Shown here: positions 1-13,268 of the stretch, piece after piece | Numbering within the stretch: the stretch's first letter is position 1 | Layout of the letters: the number at the start of each line of letters is the position of its first letter | From: Lama guanicoe | Taxonomy: Eukaryota | Direction: 5' to 3' | Length of the DNA stretch: 64,000 nucleotides | Assembly (NCBI GenBank): GCA_013239625.1 | Contig: MU054323.1 | Location: 10,757,186 to 10,821,185, forward strand | Made by a program: the position numbers and the translations under genes | The notes under the pieces: model-generated | The model's input: the letters and a program-made list of their open reading frames with translations, nothing else | Database searches by the model: none | What the model was told of the DNA's origin: nothing

Positions 1-1980
1 GTAAGAGAACTTTTAAAAATAGTTAAAATGTATTCAAAGGAATTCTTAATTATCTAAATGGCTTCAACTGTAACACAAGTAAGGAAATGCTTTTATTAAA
101 TGCCAAATCTTTTTTTAAAGCAACCTCAGGGTGATACTTTCAATGAGCTTTATCATGCCAGCAAAACAAAGTGGTGATCTGGGCAACTGTCCACATAATT
201 CAGACCAAAGAAATCTGCCATTGCCACAAGTCCATTAACGTGATGTTCTGAACAACTTAGCTCATGAGGCAGCATACTTGTGCAGGGAATAGGCCAGAAG
301 AGGTAGACCTCCCACAAGCTAGTACTAAAACGCTGGATGTAATCAAGCAAGCCCTTGTTTGTTGAATTCAACTGGCTGTTTAATCATAATTAAATGACCA
401 GCAATTGGTCATTAACTTCTTAAAATGGTAACTGGTTGTTTACATGAGTCTACCACCCCACTATCATATTTGGGGTATTCTTCACAGTCAAGGTGTGGAA
501 AATTGAATAGAGTTTTAACTGTCTCTGGCTTTGATTGGAGATAAAAATAGCATTGGGCTATCAAGGTGCTGGTCTTCACCTTTTTAACTACAACTTCAGA
601 TTGCTGTATGTTTGTTCAGACGTATTATGTAGAAATTATCTTTTGATCCTACTAAAAGAAATAAATTGACTGCACTGCTGTTGATTCACTCATATAGAAT
701 AAACATTGTTTTGGGTTGTCTACATAGCGCAATGTAGATTTAAGACAGTTATGCAGATAAATAATGTGATCCCAAGTTTGGAGGTCAAGGCTGTCGGAGG
801 GGGCCCAAACCATTCCATGGATCTATGCCTCAGTAAATCACACAGCTCTCTATTTCCCTGTTCATCTCCATGGGCTCAGCCTCGATGTCCCTTAAAGGTG
901 GCATTTCCAGGGAACAAACAACTTTAAGGAAATTAACCCTCCCCAAGTAACACTGGAAAATAGACAAGTAAGCTGGGAGACATAATATGTATGCTTAGTA
1001 TTAGAAACCGAGTAAGAAACACCAAGTCAATTGTTTTTGAAGACAATTAGGCAATACTCAGAGGCAAACCAGAAAAATGAAATCTTTTTTCTCATTACTA
1101 TACTGCAAAATGTAAGACTGCCTATCTGTGAAGCCAGCAGTTAGAACATTTTCAGAACAATAATCTCATCCTCCAAGAGCTAACTACTGTATTTACAGAT
1201 GAATTTCTAAGTGAACATTAAGGGTGCCTGCCTGCTGCCCTTGGCACCACAGACTGGTGAGTCGGGGTTATTGGGGGGGGTACCAGCAGCCAGTAATCTG
1301 CCCCCTTGATGCCATTTCATTTCACCTGGAACTAATGAGCTCTCTAAGAACTGGAATGGGTCTGGGTACAGGGTATGAATTGGTCCCTAAAGCCTTACAT
1401 TTTGCTCAGCACTCTTTAAGTCACAAAGAACTTTCATACCCTCACCTCATATACAGCTTGTGATCATGATCATGACCATGACTATGTGAGGTAAGTAAAG
1501 CCAAGAAGACTGTCTGTATTTAACAGATAAAGCAACAGAAGGTCAGAGAGGGTCTCAAGCTATTAATAACTTCCTTGCCCGGAGGTAGGGGCCGTGCCTC
1601 CTACTATATGTCTGGTGCTTTCCATTTTCTGGAGGAAGGCCAGCATTGGGATTAGGGTGCTCACAAGGGGTGGGAGTGCCAGCCCATTAATCCTACTTCT
1701 CACTTCCCAGAATATGCCTACCCTCTGTTTCTGAGATCCATCACCTATAAAATGAGGCAAGAATAGTGCCAAAATGACTATTCATGACAACTCACCCCAC
1801 CACACAGGGAGCACCTAGCCCTGGACAGGGAGCTATTTCTGGGTGTCTAAGAGACAGGAAGCAAAAAGAGGGAGTCACTGAGGGAGGTCTCAAGTTGGAT
1901 GGTGGTAAGAAGGACAAGCAGGGGTCTTGGAGGAAAAGGCCTTAGGTCTGTGTTAGACAATTGTCAGGGAAAACATAGAT

Positions 1981-2010
1981 ACACACACACACAGACACAC
2001 ACACACACAC
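1981..2010. repeat. (CA)n microsatellite
   Basis: ACACACACACACAGACACAC... read directly; one interruption. Confidence 0.95.
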
Positions 2011-4274
2011 GCCTTCAGTAAAGAGATCTCAGACAACTCAACTGCTTAAAGTACTTTCAGACTTCACTCGGGAGCAATCCTCAGCAAGGATTACAATCTG
2101 TGCAAACTGAAGAGGACAATTAAAACGTTAATTTTTTTAAAACCCACAAAAAGCACCTTGGGTCTTCACAGTGAATTGTCAGGTGCTGCAAAGACCTCAT
2201 CTTTCCTATCTCTCCCTTGACAACCTAGAAATATCTGTCACCCTCATCCCTGTGGCTACAACAGCGATACAAGAAGAAACAAAGGAGGAGATGAACCTCT
2301 CCCCAGACTCTCATCTAGGGAAGCCAAGGGAGGTTGAATGAAAAAGAATGGAAGATAACCGGAGCAGTGTGAGTCTAGTGCTATTGATTTTGCATCTGTC
2401 TCAAAACATTACTCATTGGAATGGCGGCCGCCCTCAGGAAGGGAGCGGAGGCTTCCTTCCGCTAAGGAGAGCTCTGCACTCAAGGGTCCAGTGCTTGTCA
2501 GGAGCAGGAGAGCAGGCAGAGGGATTCTCAGGGGCTCCTTCCATGGCTTGCTTCCAGGTTCGTAATTTGCTGCTTAAGTGTCAATGGTTTTTAATTAGCA
2601 CGTAGGAGTTTTTTGAAGATGCAAAAGGTTGGATGAATGATTCAATCAAGCATCAGCTGAATGCAGGCCACTAAGCAAGCAGAAGTGAAAGTGGAAATAG
2701 AAAAGTTAACTGGGTCATCATTAGGCATAACAGATGGAAGGAATACAAATCTGGAACTGAAAGGGAACTGGTACAGTTTTCCCCAAAGGATAGGATTCAT
2801 ATCAGTGTTAGTATGACGCAGGATTTTAGGCAAGCCAGAAAATGCTGCAGTGACAACAAGGACACATTATTAAGTAACATGAAATTACACGGTGAGGAAG
2901 CTATTCCTGTTTTACTTTTCTTTTACTCCTTCTGAGTACCTCCAAACAGTCTCAGCTGGGTGTTACTATGTCTTTAACACTTCTCTAACACTTGTCAAGC
3001 TCCCTTTTTAACAAAAAAAGAGCAAACTTCAAGTGTAGAGACATTGATTTGGCCAAAGCATCTAGAAAGAATTTAATCTCATTGCTTGGTTTTCATTTTA
3101 TCTATTCTTTCAAGTATTTTCTATATCCATTAACTATAATGATATAAGGTTTCTTCTTTAAACATAGATTTATTGAAATACAAAATTAGTCCATTTGAAA
3201 AAATATTAAGTATATGTTACACAAATACAACATGGATGATGAAGGTCACACTAATGTGACTGAAGCTTGGAGAATAAGGATGTTGGACCAAGAGCAGGAA
3301 ATGACTTGCCCACAGGGGCACATTTGGTTGTGTCTTCCACCCCTGCTGCTGGGCCCCTATGAAGAAAGAAGGAGAGTAAGTGAAAGTCAGCCTGGTCCAA
3401 AAAGCATGTGGAACTCCAAGAAGCCATATGACTTCTCTAAAACTCTGGGTCCCAAGAGCCTCAGCAGGAGTCAGTCTATCCTTCTCAAGCCAAGAAACAT
3501 AAAACCACAAGTCAACTGACACCCACTGGGGTGCATCACATGGTGGTGAGAGACTTGGTCACTTTGCCTCATTTTCTTTTCCTTTTCCATCTACTTCCAA
3601 GATCCCTGGAAGATAACAAGTAAGCTCAAGTCAGGACACCTGTCAGATGGAAAAACAGACATGCCATTATCCTACACTAGCTGGTCCATTCTCCAAATCC
3701 CTGCTGTCCTGAATGCTCCACCACAGGGGGCAGTGGCTGCAAAGAATGGTGTAAGTACAGGATTCTGGGCCTCCAAAGGGGTAATCGCTGCCTTTCCATA
3801 TGGCAGCCCAGCGTGACAGGAATACAAAGTGGAAAGCAAAAGTCCAGCCTCACACTGCCTGCCATGCATCACATCCATACACAACTGCAACTTGATGATG
3901 CAGCAAACACAACTTTTTATGTCTGCCATGGCCCCAGTGACCTTTCAGATGCCTGACTTAAAGGAACAATTATTCATCTTTATGTACAGCTTCCTATGAC
4001 AGGTCTGCATAATAAAGCCCAGAGACACTTTGATGAAGTAAATAATTTAGCCCCATCCTTAATCACTTGCCTGTCCCAAATCCTAAAGCCTTTCCAGGGT
4101 TGCTTCACCAAACCAATGAAATAAATGAGTCCCTTATTGAAGGTAAACTTTATACAGAAGTTAAACTGCATCCAAGAGCATATGAGTTTTAAAGAATATG
4201 GATGAGCGACATTTTCTTCTATAAGGCTCTGCAAGCACAAGCCTATCAAACACATCCGTTTTTAAAATAATAGA

Positions 4275-4450
4275 TACTGTTTACTGGACATCTACTATGT
4301 GCCACATGCTGTACTTGGAACTTTCACGCATTATTTTGCTTAATTCTTCAAACAGCCTTGCAAAGTGGCTGCTAGCATCTCCATTATACTGAGAGTTAGA
4401 AATCAATTAAGTGTCTTCTGTATGTCACCCCAATGGCAAGTAGCAAGGCA
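4275..4450 (-). mobile_element. MIR SINE relic
   Basis: Reverse-strand MIR 3' motifs (TACTATGTGCCA, ATTATTTTGCTTAATTCTTCAAACAGCC); boundaries approximate. Confidence 0.7.
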
Positions 4451-4627
4451 GTAGCCTTTTAAAACTTTTGTTAGAACAAGGGAGGATATAAAAGAATGAA
4501 CAACTACATGACAGAGTTGGGACGTGAACTACAGTTGGTCTGACTCCAACCAAACTCATCCCATTAGATCTCAATACTTCTTCCTCAGTGAGAAAGCTTG
4601 GTTAAGGGCAAGAGAAGTCTGCTTCTT

Positions 4628-5187
4628 TTTTTTTTAAACATTTTCTATTGATTTATAATCATTTTACAATGTTGTGTCACATTCCACTGTAGAGCACAAT
4701 TTTCAGTTATACATGAACATATATATGTATTCATTGTCACATTTTTTTCTCTGTGAGCTACCATAAGATCTTGTATATATTTCCCTGTGCTATATAGTAT
4801 AATCTTGTTTATCTATTCTACAATTTTGAAATCCCAGTCTATTCCTTCCCACCCACCTCCCCCTTGGCAACCACAAGTTTGTATTCTATGTCTATGAGTC
4901 TGCTTCTGTTTTGTATTTATGTTGTTTTTTCTATTTAGATTCCACATATGAGTGATCTCATATGGTATTTTTCTTTCTCTTTCTGGCTTACTTCACTTAG
5001 AATGACATTCTCCAGGGACATCCATGTTGCTGCAAATGGCATTATGTTGTTGGTTTTTATGGCTGAATAGTATTCCATTGTATAAATATACCACGGCTTC
5101 TTTATCCAGTCATCTGTTGATGGACATTTAGGCTGTTTCCATATCTTCGCCATTGTAAATAATGCTGCTACGAACATTGGGGTGCAG
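4628..5187 (-). mobile_element. 5'-truncated young LINE-1 (ORF2 C-terminus + 3'UTR + poly(A))
   Basis: Poly(T) at 4626-4635. ORF 4935-5177 encodes the L1 ORF2 C-terminus ([25 protein letters not shown]). 18-bp TSD at 4610-4627 and 5196-5213 with 2 mismatches. Confidence 0.95.
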
Positions 5188-5899
5188 AAAAAAAAAAGAG
5201 AGGGCTGCTTCTTGATGTATTCACCTAGTTCCTTACTTCAAGTCCCTTGTCCTGATGGTGGGGTTGCAGGACATTTGGAAGAGTATGAGAAATCCCAAAG
5301 ACACCCACTTTCCATTTTGAGATACAGTCAGAGCACAGGCTTCATGGGGATTTCAATGTATTTTTTGCTACCCTGTCCTGAACTCAAATGATTACTTTCT
5401 AGAGATATGCATAAGGCCAGAAAATTCCAGAGAGCAACCAGTACTGGCCAGCAGATTTGTGAAGAGAGCGACAAAGCAGCTGCTGGATAGTCCAGCCTCA
5501 CGAGAAAGGACCAGTCTATTGCATCCAGTTTCTACTGCATGAACTTGTATCTGTCTGTGGCTTTGGAATCCTCCCAAGTCATCGATTGGAAGAGCTTGAC
5601 AACCCCATGGATTTCCTGCTCCAACTTACTCATTACAACTGAGTCTAATGAATACAAATGGACAAAACTTGAAAGGTAACACAAAGGAGAAGAGTGATGG
5701 TGTGAAGATGGTGGTGTTTTGAGTACAACTTCTCCCTCACTATTTAAATTAATTAGGATGTCATCATTAAAAAAAAATAATGGGTATGTAGTCATATTGT
5801 TAAATGTTGTCAAGGAGAAAAGAACCGAGAAGAGATCATTGTATTTTATAGCTGGGGATGACTTGTGGTGAGGGACTTAGGAGAACAATGGAAAGAGGT

Positions 5900-6075
5900 T
5901 AGGAGCAGAGTTAGAAAACTCAAGTTCTCTCCCCACTTCCAGCATTGACCAGCCAGCCTGGCAATCTTGTATAAGCTGCTTAACAACACTGTCAAGTTTC
6001 TGAGCCTCAGATCCTATGCTGATAAAATGGCAATCACAATGCCTATCTTACGATCTCCTGGGCCTTATATTAAGG
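5900..6075 (+). mobile_element. MIR SINE relic
   Basis: CTGAGCCTCAG..ATAAAATGGCAATCACAATGCCTATCTTA resembles the MIR core. Confidence 0.6.
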
Positions 6076-6078
6076 GTC

Positions 6079-6230
6079 TGTTACAGACTGAACTGCATTC
6101 CCCCAGAATTCAGAGGCTGAAGCTCTAATAAGAGATAATGGAGACAGAGCCTTTAGGGAAGTAATTAAGGTTAAATGAGGTCATAAGTGTAGGGTGCTAA
6201 TCTGGCAGGATGGGTTTCCTTATAAGAACT
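6079..6230 (+). mobile_element. MaLR LTR 5' fragment (MLT1A/B-like)
   Basis: Starts TGTTACAGACTGAACTG and contains GTAATTAAGGTTAAATGAGGTCATAAG, typical of MLT1. Confidence 0.8.
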
Positions 6231-6399
6231 CCGAAGCACAAAAGCAACAAAACCAAGCAGAGGACAGTAGATTGAGTTTTAAAATCTGTAATCTTTCTGC
6301 TTCTCCATTCCTGGTTCTGATCAGATTAGAGTTTATGTTATTGGTGATTCTCTTCTCCTCCCTCCAGACTGCATATCTCATTCCATAAATGAAGCCCAA

Positions 6400-6545
6400 G
6401 GCACTGGGAAAAAATTGGATTTGAATCCCAGCTTACCCACTTATAAGCTGTGTGACCCTGGCAAGCTATTTAACCCTTGGGATCCTCAGTTTTCTTTTAT
6501 GAAATGGAATGAACTCAGGATGTTTAAGTACATGATATGTGCAAA
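6400..6545 (+). mobile_element. MIR SINE relic
   Basis: TTGAATCCCAGC..AGCTGTGTGACCCTGGCAAG..CCTCAGTTT core. Confidence 0.8.
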
Positions 6546-7106
6546 ACCAGTCCTGCTTCCCATAACCCACACCCTTAGCAGTCATAAATAATCAATCCTG
6601 GCTCTCATTCCCACTGAGTTCACATACAGACTCACAGTACAGGGCAGCTTCAATCAGTGGATTCAATTTAAAACAAGGAATAACATATATTTACCTTCCT
6701 GGGTAATAGATGATGCCTAAGTCCCTTCTAGTTTAAATGTTCCCAGATTCTGTGATGCTAATGTGGCAAAGTGATGGCACAAATAAAGGCCTGAAAAAAA
6801 TTAAGTAGAGGATACAAGGGGAAAGAAAACTAAAGGCAGGAGGGAAACAGACAAATATGAAAGATGACCAGGTAAATCCGTGTTTTTAAATGACAGTAGT
6901 TAGATCTTCCATGCCTCCTTGTGCCTACCAGGTGCTAATGGGGATGCAGGTGCCTGAAGGAAAGAAAAAGTATGAGACCCAGGTGACAGCACAGTCTACC
7001 TTCACCCAGTTCTCCTTCACACATCTCAGTGTGCTGGGCCCATTGCAGCTACACACAGCAAAGTCAAGTACTTACAAGTAAAACATGCAGGAGAGGGAAG
7101 GAATGT

Positions 7107-7306
7107 CAGGGGTATACTGGTAAATGCTTAACAATCAGTTTTGAGGATAAGAGAGGAGATAAACTCTGATTCGTAGCATTTGCTGATTTCTGTGGTGTAA
7201 ATACTCCCACCATTGTCAATTTCTAGCTACCCAAAAAAGTTTCACTGATCACACATAATTGGGAGTTATCGGGAGTCTGTGTGAGTTAAACTCCAACACA
7301 CCATCG
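7107..7306. mobile_element. hAT MITE, MER63A-like
   Basis: Degenerate inverted termini (CAGGGGTATACTGG / CCAACACACCATCG) and internal GTGGTGTAAATACTCCCACCAT; subfamily from memory. Confidence 0.7.
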
Positions 7307-9059
7307 AGGGGAGGAAAACGTAGGTCTACTACCAACTGCTGACTATCTTCCTTGCATAATTCCCCCTAAGAATTTTACGTTATTTTTCCATATATATATA
7401 CATATGTCTCATTCCTGTTTTAGGTGGTTTCAGATTAAATTTAATTTGTTTTCTACCAAGCAAATGTAAATGTACTGGTATTACCAAAATGGTGCTTGGC
7501 TCTAGGAACCAGAAGCCCAATGAGGCACACAGAATCCCTAATCTGGCTCAGCCAACTCAGGCTTATGATGCCAAATAAAGTGGAGGGAACCATATGTTGG
7601 GAAACCCCCACCCCCAAGGTCTTTCACCAAGTACACCATCCTCCCATCATCCCTGGCTATTTTTCCTCCCATAACATCTCCTGCCTGGGCTAGAAAGGCA
7701 GAGTTGAGTAAGACACAATTTCTGGCCTGGAGGAACTCACAATCTGTAAGACTTAAGAGTTACAATGCAGACCACTCTCACAGAAAAAGTGCTGTTCAAA
7801 TTCACACACACACACACACACACCACACTTCTCACTAATGGGCTCATGCTGGTACCATACAGAGAATAAAGATAGGGTCAACCTGGTCCTGATTTGAAGA
7901 CATTTGTAGCACTGCCAGGGAACCAAGACTTATAAATGACACAATATGAAGTGTGATATTCTCTCAAGAGGTAATAAACTTCATGGGATTTCAGATGGGA
8001 AGACATTATTTCTGGATGAAGATGCAACCAGGAAAGACTTCATAGAGGAGGAGATGGAAGGTTAATAAGCATTCCAGTAAATCTGGCTGATTCTAAGCAG
8101 AGCATGTTCATACCCTCCTCCAGACAGCATTTGCTAAGTACTTACTAAGTTTTCACACTGTGCCAGATATCAAAGGAGATACAAAGATTTCTCTTCCGGG
8201 GTCCCTCACCCTCTGGTCAGTACGCCCTTTCTCATATTTCGGTGAAGGTGCTAATCATCCCTTTCAGCCTGGCCAGCAAGCTTCAAAGGACACAGCAAAG
8301 GTGTCACAAGCTAGAATATCTGGCACTAAGGATGGAGGTGCAAGAGGAATTAGGGGGTGGATGGAGGAGGAGGGAAGCAGGCAAAGGAAATAACCTGTTG
8401 AGGACTCAAGGCTGAATATATATTCTTCTTACATTAGAAACAGGGGGGCAACGTCTCCCTCAAGACAGTCTACTGAATTCATTATTACTTAGATTAAAAA
8501 AGAGGCATAAAAATAAACCTCCTAGAACTTGCAGAGCTATGGCTGTGTTTCCTCAAAAAACAGAAGGCCCCTGCCCCTGCACAAGTAACACTCCATTTAG
8601 TAAGACAACTTGTTACCTAGGCCAGCATTGAACTCTACAGCACACCCGCTCAGTATCCACACCAGCTCTGCCTGCTCTGAGTCCCTCACCTAAACTATCT
8701 AAACATGTTCTCTTTGTAGTATCCTTTAATCCATAATTGTGTGGCAAATAGCTACTATACTGCCAGTCCCATAAGCAGCTTCCTGAGAAAGCTCCTTCTA
8801 TTGCTCATACCCAGAACTAACAGAACTTTAGTGAACTGAATTCTATTAAGTCCATGGCTGTCATGGCTGAAAGAAACTTAAGGAGAAGAAGAAAGGATAA
8901 GTTAATGTTTCCATAATATCAGAGAGGCTATCTCTTTTAAGCCTCTCTCCAGAACTCTGGGCTGCATCTCTCCCACAGTAGGGCAAGGGAGGAACAGAGG
9001 TGTAGCTGACCTCCTTGGGAGTAAGAGCACAGGCTTAGGCTACAGAAAAAAAAAAAAAA

Positions 9060-9270
9060 GAGGAACAACACTGAACATTTCAATATGTGTCAGGCACGGC
9101 TCCAAGCACTCTATATATAGGTGAACTCAACAACAATGCTAGGAGGCAGATCTGCTATTACCTCATTTTACAGAAAAGGAACTGAGGCCCAGTGAAGCTA
9201 AGTGACCTGTTCATGTCACACTGTACTCACTGTAAGTGGGAGCTGTGATACCAACTCAGGCAGTAGGTAG
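9060..9270 (-). mobile_element. MIR SINE
   Basis: CATTTTACAGAAAAGGAACTGAGGCCCAG, the reverse MIR core. Confidence 0.85.
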
Positions 9271-9339
9271 TGCTCTTCCAGTGCCAGTGGTAGGACAGAC
9301 CATGCCCATTCTCCAACCCTGCACCTCACTTCTGCTCAG

Positions 9340-9520
9340 GATTAAGAGTCAGACATACCTGAGCCCCAATCCTGAGTCTGTCTCATTAGCTAAATGGACT
9401 TGAGCAAGTTATTTAACATCTCTGAGCCTCAGTTTCCTCCTCTGTGAAATGGGACTAATATCTATGGATTGGTATGAGAATTACGTGGAATTAAATGCAC
9501 ACAACAAAGCCTAGTAAACT
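9340..9520 (+). mobile_element. MIR SINE
   Basis: GAGTCAGAC..TTGAGCAAGTTATTTAAC..GAGCCTCAGTTTCCTC..AAATGGG. Confidence 0.85.
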
Positions 9521-9759
9521 GTCACTACAGGGAAGTGATAGTGATAAAAGTGGTGGTGGCTGTGTCTCAGAACCACAGGATGTCAAGTCTTACACACCCT
9601 CTAATCCAATCTGGAATGAATGGAAGGATAATATATGAGCAGATCCAGTCTTAAGGTAACTTATTTTCCAGTACATTGCAAGCTATGAGCAGCGAACCAT
9701 AAAAATCTAGAGGGCTCTGTGAACTGTTTCTGGACCCTCAGATATTCCTGGCACAGCAG

Positions 9760-9930
9760 TCCAAATCAGGGTTAAATCCTACTTCTGTCACTTAATAATC
9801 ATGCAACTTTGGATAAGTTACTCAGGTTTTCTTAGCCTTTGTTTTCTTCTCTGTCAAATGGGGATGATAACAGCCAACTTGCAGGACTGTGAGGATGAGT
9901 CAAAGTTTGTACAGTACTTGGCACAGCACC
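9760..9930 (+). mobile_element. MIR SINE
   Basis: GGGTTAAATCC..CTGTCAAATGGGGATGATAA..TGGCACA. Confidence 0.8.
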
Positions 9931-10931
9931 TGCATTTCCTTATAGTCACCACTAAACCCCTCTTAAGTGCATACTTAAAAAAAAAACTGCATAGCAAAAA
10001 CTTTCTGACCTCCAGAACACCTTCAAGATCTTTTCTCCCTCCCAAGGCTAGGGTTTTTAGTGTCAGTCACATGAATGCAGTCACCCCATCCAATATCTCA
10101 AACTGGTAGCCCAAGCTGCATTCTGCCTCACAGTCTCATTTATCTCACAGTTTTGTTTTTACTTAAATCAGTTGCCAACACTTAAAAACAGCACACTTTC
10201 ATTTATGGTTCCAGATTCCACCCAAGCCTGACCTTTTTTTATTGAAGCCAGCTTGTACCATTTTACCAGACTGGGTTTTTTCATTCTTTCAATTCATTGC
10301 ATAAATTGCCCACATCTATAGGCATTTAAATTTGTGACTCCTTTGGATTCAGTGAAAACTGTCTGTTTCTACAGATCTTCCTAATTTATCTAAAAATAAA
10401 AAGGAGGGGGTAGGTGCTGTTCATTCAACTAAGTGACCCTGGGCCACCAATCATTTAATTTAAACAAGAACGCAAGGGAAACACCTGAACACTGAGCCAG
10501 CCCCTTTCTTGTGCTGGTCTCTCTCCAAGAGAGGAGAGGTTTGCTCTTGGAAGCGTTCTGCTGTTAGACTGTGGAGATGTCTCTCTTGTGGGATTCAGAG
10601 AGGAGGCCATGCAGAGGTGCATAGACTCAACTGCTTTAATGAATAATATTAAGGTGGTGGTGTCATCACTAATTCATGAAATAAGGACGTAATTCAAGAC
10701 GTAATCCCAACAGGGTGTGGGAGTGGGTTAGTCATGTGTCTCCCTCCCCGCTCCTGCCCATGCCCCACCACAACTTTTACTTCCTGATATAATCCTGAAA
10801 AGACTTTGTCTCAAGACTGAGCCCCTGAAGCTCCCAGACACACTCTTTCTCCTTGTGTTGAAAGAGTCTGAGGAGTCCACAAAAGTTTAGTTGCCAGCCT
10901 GCTCTCAAAGCATCAAGAATTTGAAAGGAGG

Positions 10932-12911
10932 GTGGTTCCACATACGCAAATCAATCAATGTAATACACCACATCAACTAGAGAAGGACAAAAACCACATG
11001 ATCTTCTCAATAGATGCAGAAAAAGCATTTGATAAAATTCAACACCCATTTATGATAAAAACTCTCACCAAAGTGGGTATAGAGGGAACATATCTCAACA
11101 TAATAAAAGCTATATATGACAAACCTACAGCCAGCATAGTTCGTACTCAATGGTGAAAAACTCAAAAGCTTTCCATTCCACTAAAGGACAAGACAAGGAT
11201 GACCACTATCACCACTCCTATTCAACATGGTCTTGGAAGTCCTAGCCACAGCAATCAGGCAAGAGAGAGAAATAAAAGGGATCCAAATTGGAAAAGAAGA
11301 GGTAAAAGTGTCACTACATGTTGACGACATGTTACTATATATAGAAAATCCTAAAAGTTCCACACAAAAACTACTAGAGCTAATCGAAGAATTCAGCAAG
11401 GTAGCAGGTTACAAAATTAACGTTCAAAAATCAGTTGCATTTCTTTACACTAACGATGAATCAACAGAAAAAGAAAGTAAAGAAACAATCCCCTTTAAAA
11501 TAGCACCCAAAGCAATAAAATACCTAGGAATAGATCTAACCAAGGAGGTGAAAGAATTATACACAGAAAACTATAAACCATTGATGAAGGAAATTAAAGA
11601 AGACTTTAAAAAATGGAAAGATATCCCATGCTCTTGGATTGGAAGAATCAATATTGTTAAAATGGTCACACTGCCCAAGGCAATCTACAGATTTAATGCA
11701 ATCCCTATCAAATTACCCAGGACATATTTCACAGAACTAGAACAAATCATAATAAAATTTATATGGAACCATCAAAGACCTAGAATTGCCAAAGCATTAC
11801 TGAAGAGAAAGAAAGAGGCTGGAGGAATAACTCTCCCAGACTTCAGACAATAGTATAGAGCTACAGTCATCACGACAGTGTGGTATTGGTACAAAAACAG
11901 ACATATAGACCAATGGAACAGAACAGAGACCCCAGAAATGAACCCACAAACTTTTGGTCAACTAATCTTTGACAAAGGAGGCAAGAATATACAATGCAAT
12001 AAAGACAGTCTCTTCAGCAAATGGTGTTGGGAAAACTGGACAGCAGCATGTAAAGCAATGAAGCTAGAACACTCCCTTATACCATACACAAAAATAAACC
12101 CAAAATGGATCAAAGACTTAAACATAAGACAAGATACAATAAACCTCCTAGAAGAAAATATAGGCAAAACATTATCTGACCTACATCTCATAATGTTCTC
12201 CTAGAACAGTCTACTCAAGCAATAGAAATAAAAGCAAGAATAAACAAATGGGGCTTAATGAAACTTACAAGCTTCTGCACAGCAAAGGAAACCATAAGTA
12301 AAACAAAAAGACAACCTACAGAATGGGAGAAAATTTTTGCAAATGAAACTGACACAGGCTTGATCTCCAGAATATATAAGCAGCTCATACTACTTAATAA
12401 GAAAAAAATAAACAATGCAATCCAAAAATGGGCAGAAGACCTAAAGAAGCAATTCTCCAAGGAAGACATACAAATGATCAATAGGCACATGAAAAAATGC
12501 TCAGTATCACTAATTATCAGACAAATGCAAATCAGAACTACAAGAAGGTATCACCTCACATCAGTCAGAATAGCCATCATTCAAAAATCCACAAATGACA
12601 AATGCTGGAGAGGCTGTGGAGTAAAGGGAACCCTCCTTCACTGCTGGTGGGAATGCAGTTTGGTGCAGCCACTGTGGAAAACAGTATGGAGATTCCTCAA
12701 AAGACTAGAAATAGACTTACCGTATGACCCAGTAATCCTGCTCCTGGCATATATCCAGAAGGAACCCTACTTCAAAATGACACCTGCACCCCAATGTTCA
12801 TAGCAGCATTATTTACAATAGCCAAGACATGGAAACAGCCTAAATGTCCATCAACAGGTGACTGGATAAAGAAGAAGTGGTATATTTATACAATGGAATA
12901 CTATTCAGCCA
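10932..12911 (+). pseudogene. Disrupted L1 ORF2 (reverse transcriptase and C-terminal part)
   Basis: Split over several ORF-track frames; in-frame TAG at 11851-11853; catalytic motif reads HVDD (11317-11328) instead of Y/FADD. Confidence 0.93.
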
Positions 12912-13268
12912 NNNNNNNNNNNNNNNNNNNNNNNNNNNNNNNNNNNNNNNNNNNNNNNNNNNNNNNNNNNNNNNNNNNNNNNNNNNNNNNNNNNNNNNNN
13001 NNNNNNNNNNNNNNNNNNNNNNNNNNNNNNNNNNNNNNNNNNNNNNNNNNNNNNNNNNNNNNNNNNNNNNNNNNNNNNNNNNNNNNNNNNNNNNNNNNNN
13101 NNNNNNNNNNNNNNNNNNNNNNNNNNNNNNNNNNNNNNNNNNNNNNNNNNNNNNNNNNNNNNNNNNNNNNNNNNNNNNNNNNNNNNNNNNNNNNNNNNNN
13201 NNNNNNNNNNNNNNNNNNNNNNNNNNNNNNNNNNNNNNNNNNNNNNNNNNNNNNNNNNNNNNNNNNNN
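12912..13268. other. Assembly gap (357 N)
   Basis: N run. The equivalent interval in the paralogous L1 (49996-50311) is 316 bp, so the gap is probably ordinary L1 3' sequence. Confidence 0.99.

Noticed and set aside
1..177. GTAAG at base 1 and TTTTTTAAAG at 120, suggesting a 120-nt intron followed by QPQGDTFNELYHASKTKW*
   Set aside because: No upstream exon is visible, the peptide is unrecognised and AAG is a weak acceptor; probably chance
3717..3735. CTCF-like site TCCACCACAGGGGGCAGTG
   Set aside because: Three mismatches in the 5' half of the core consensus
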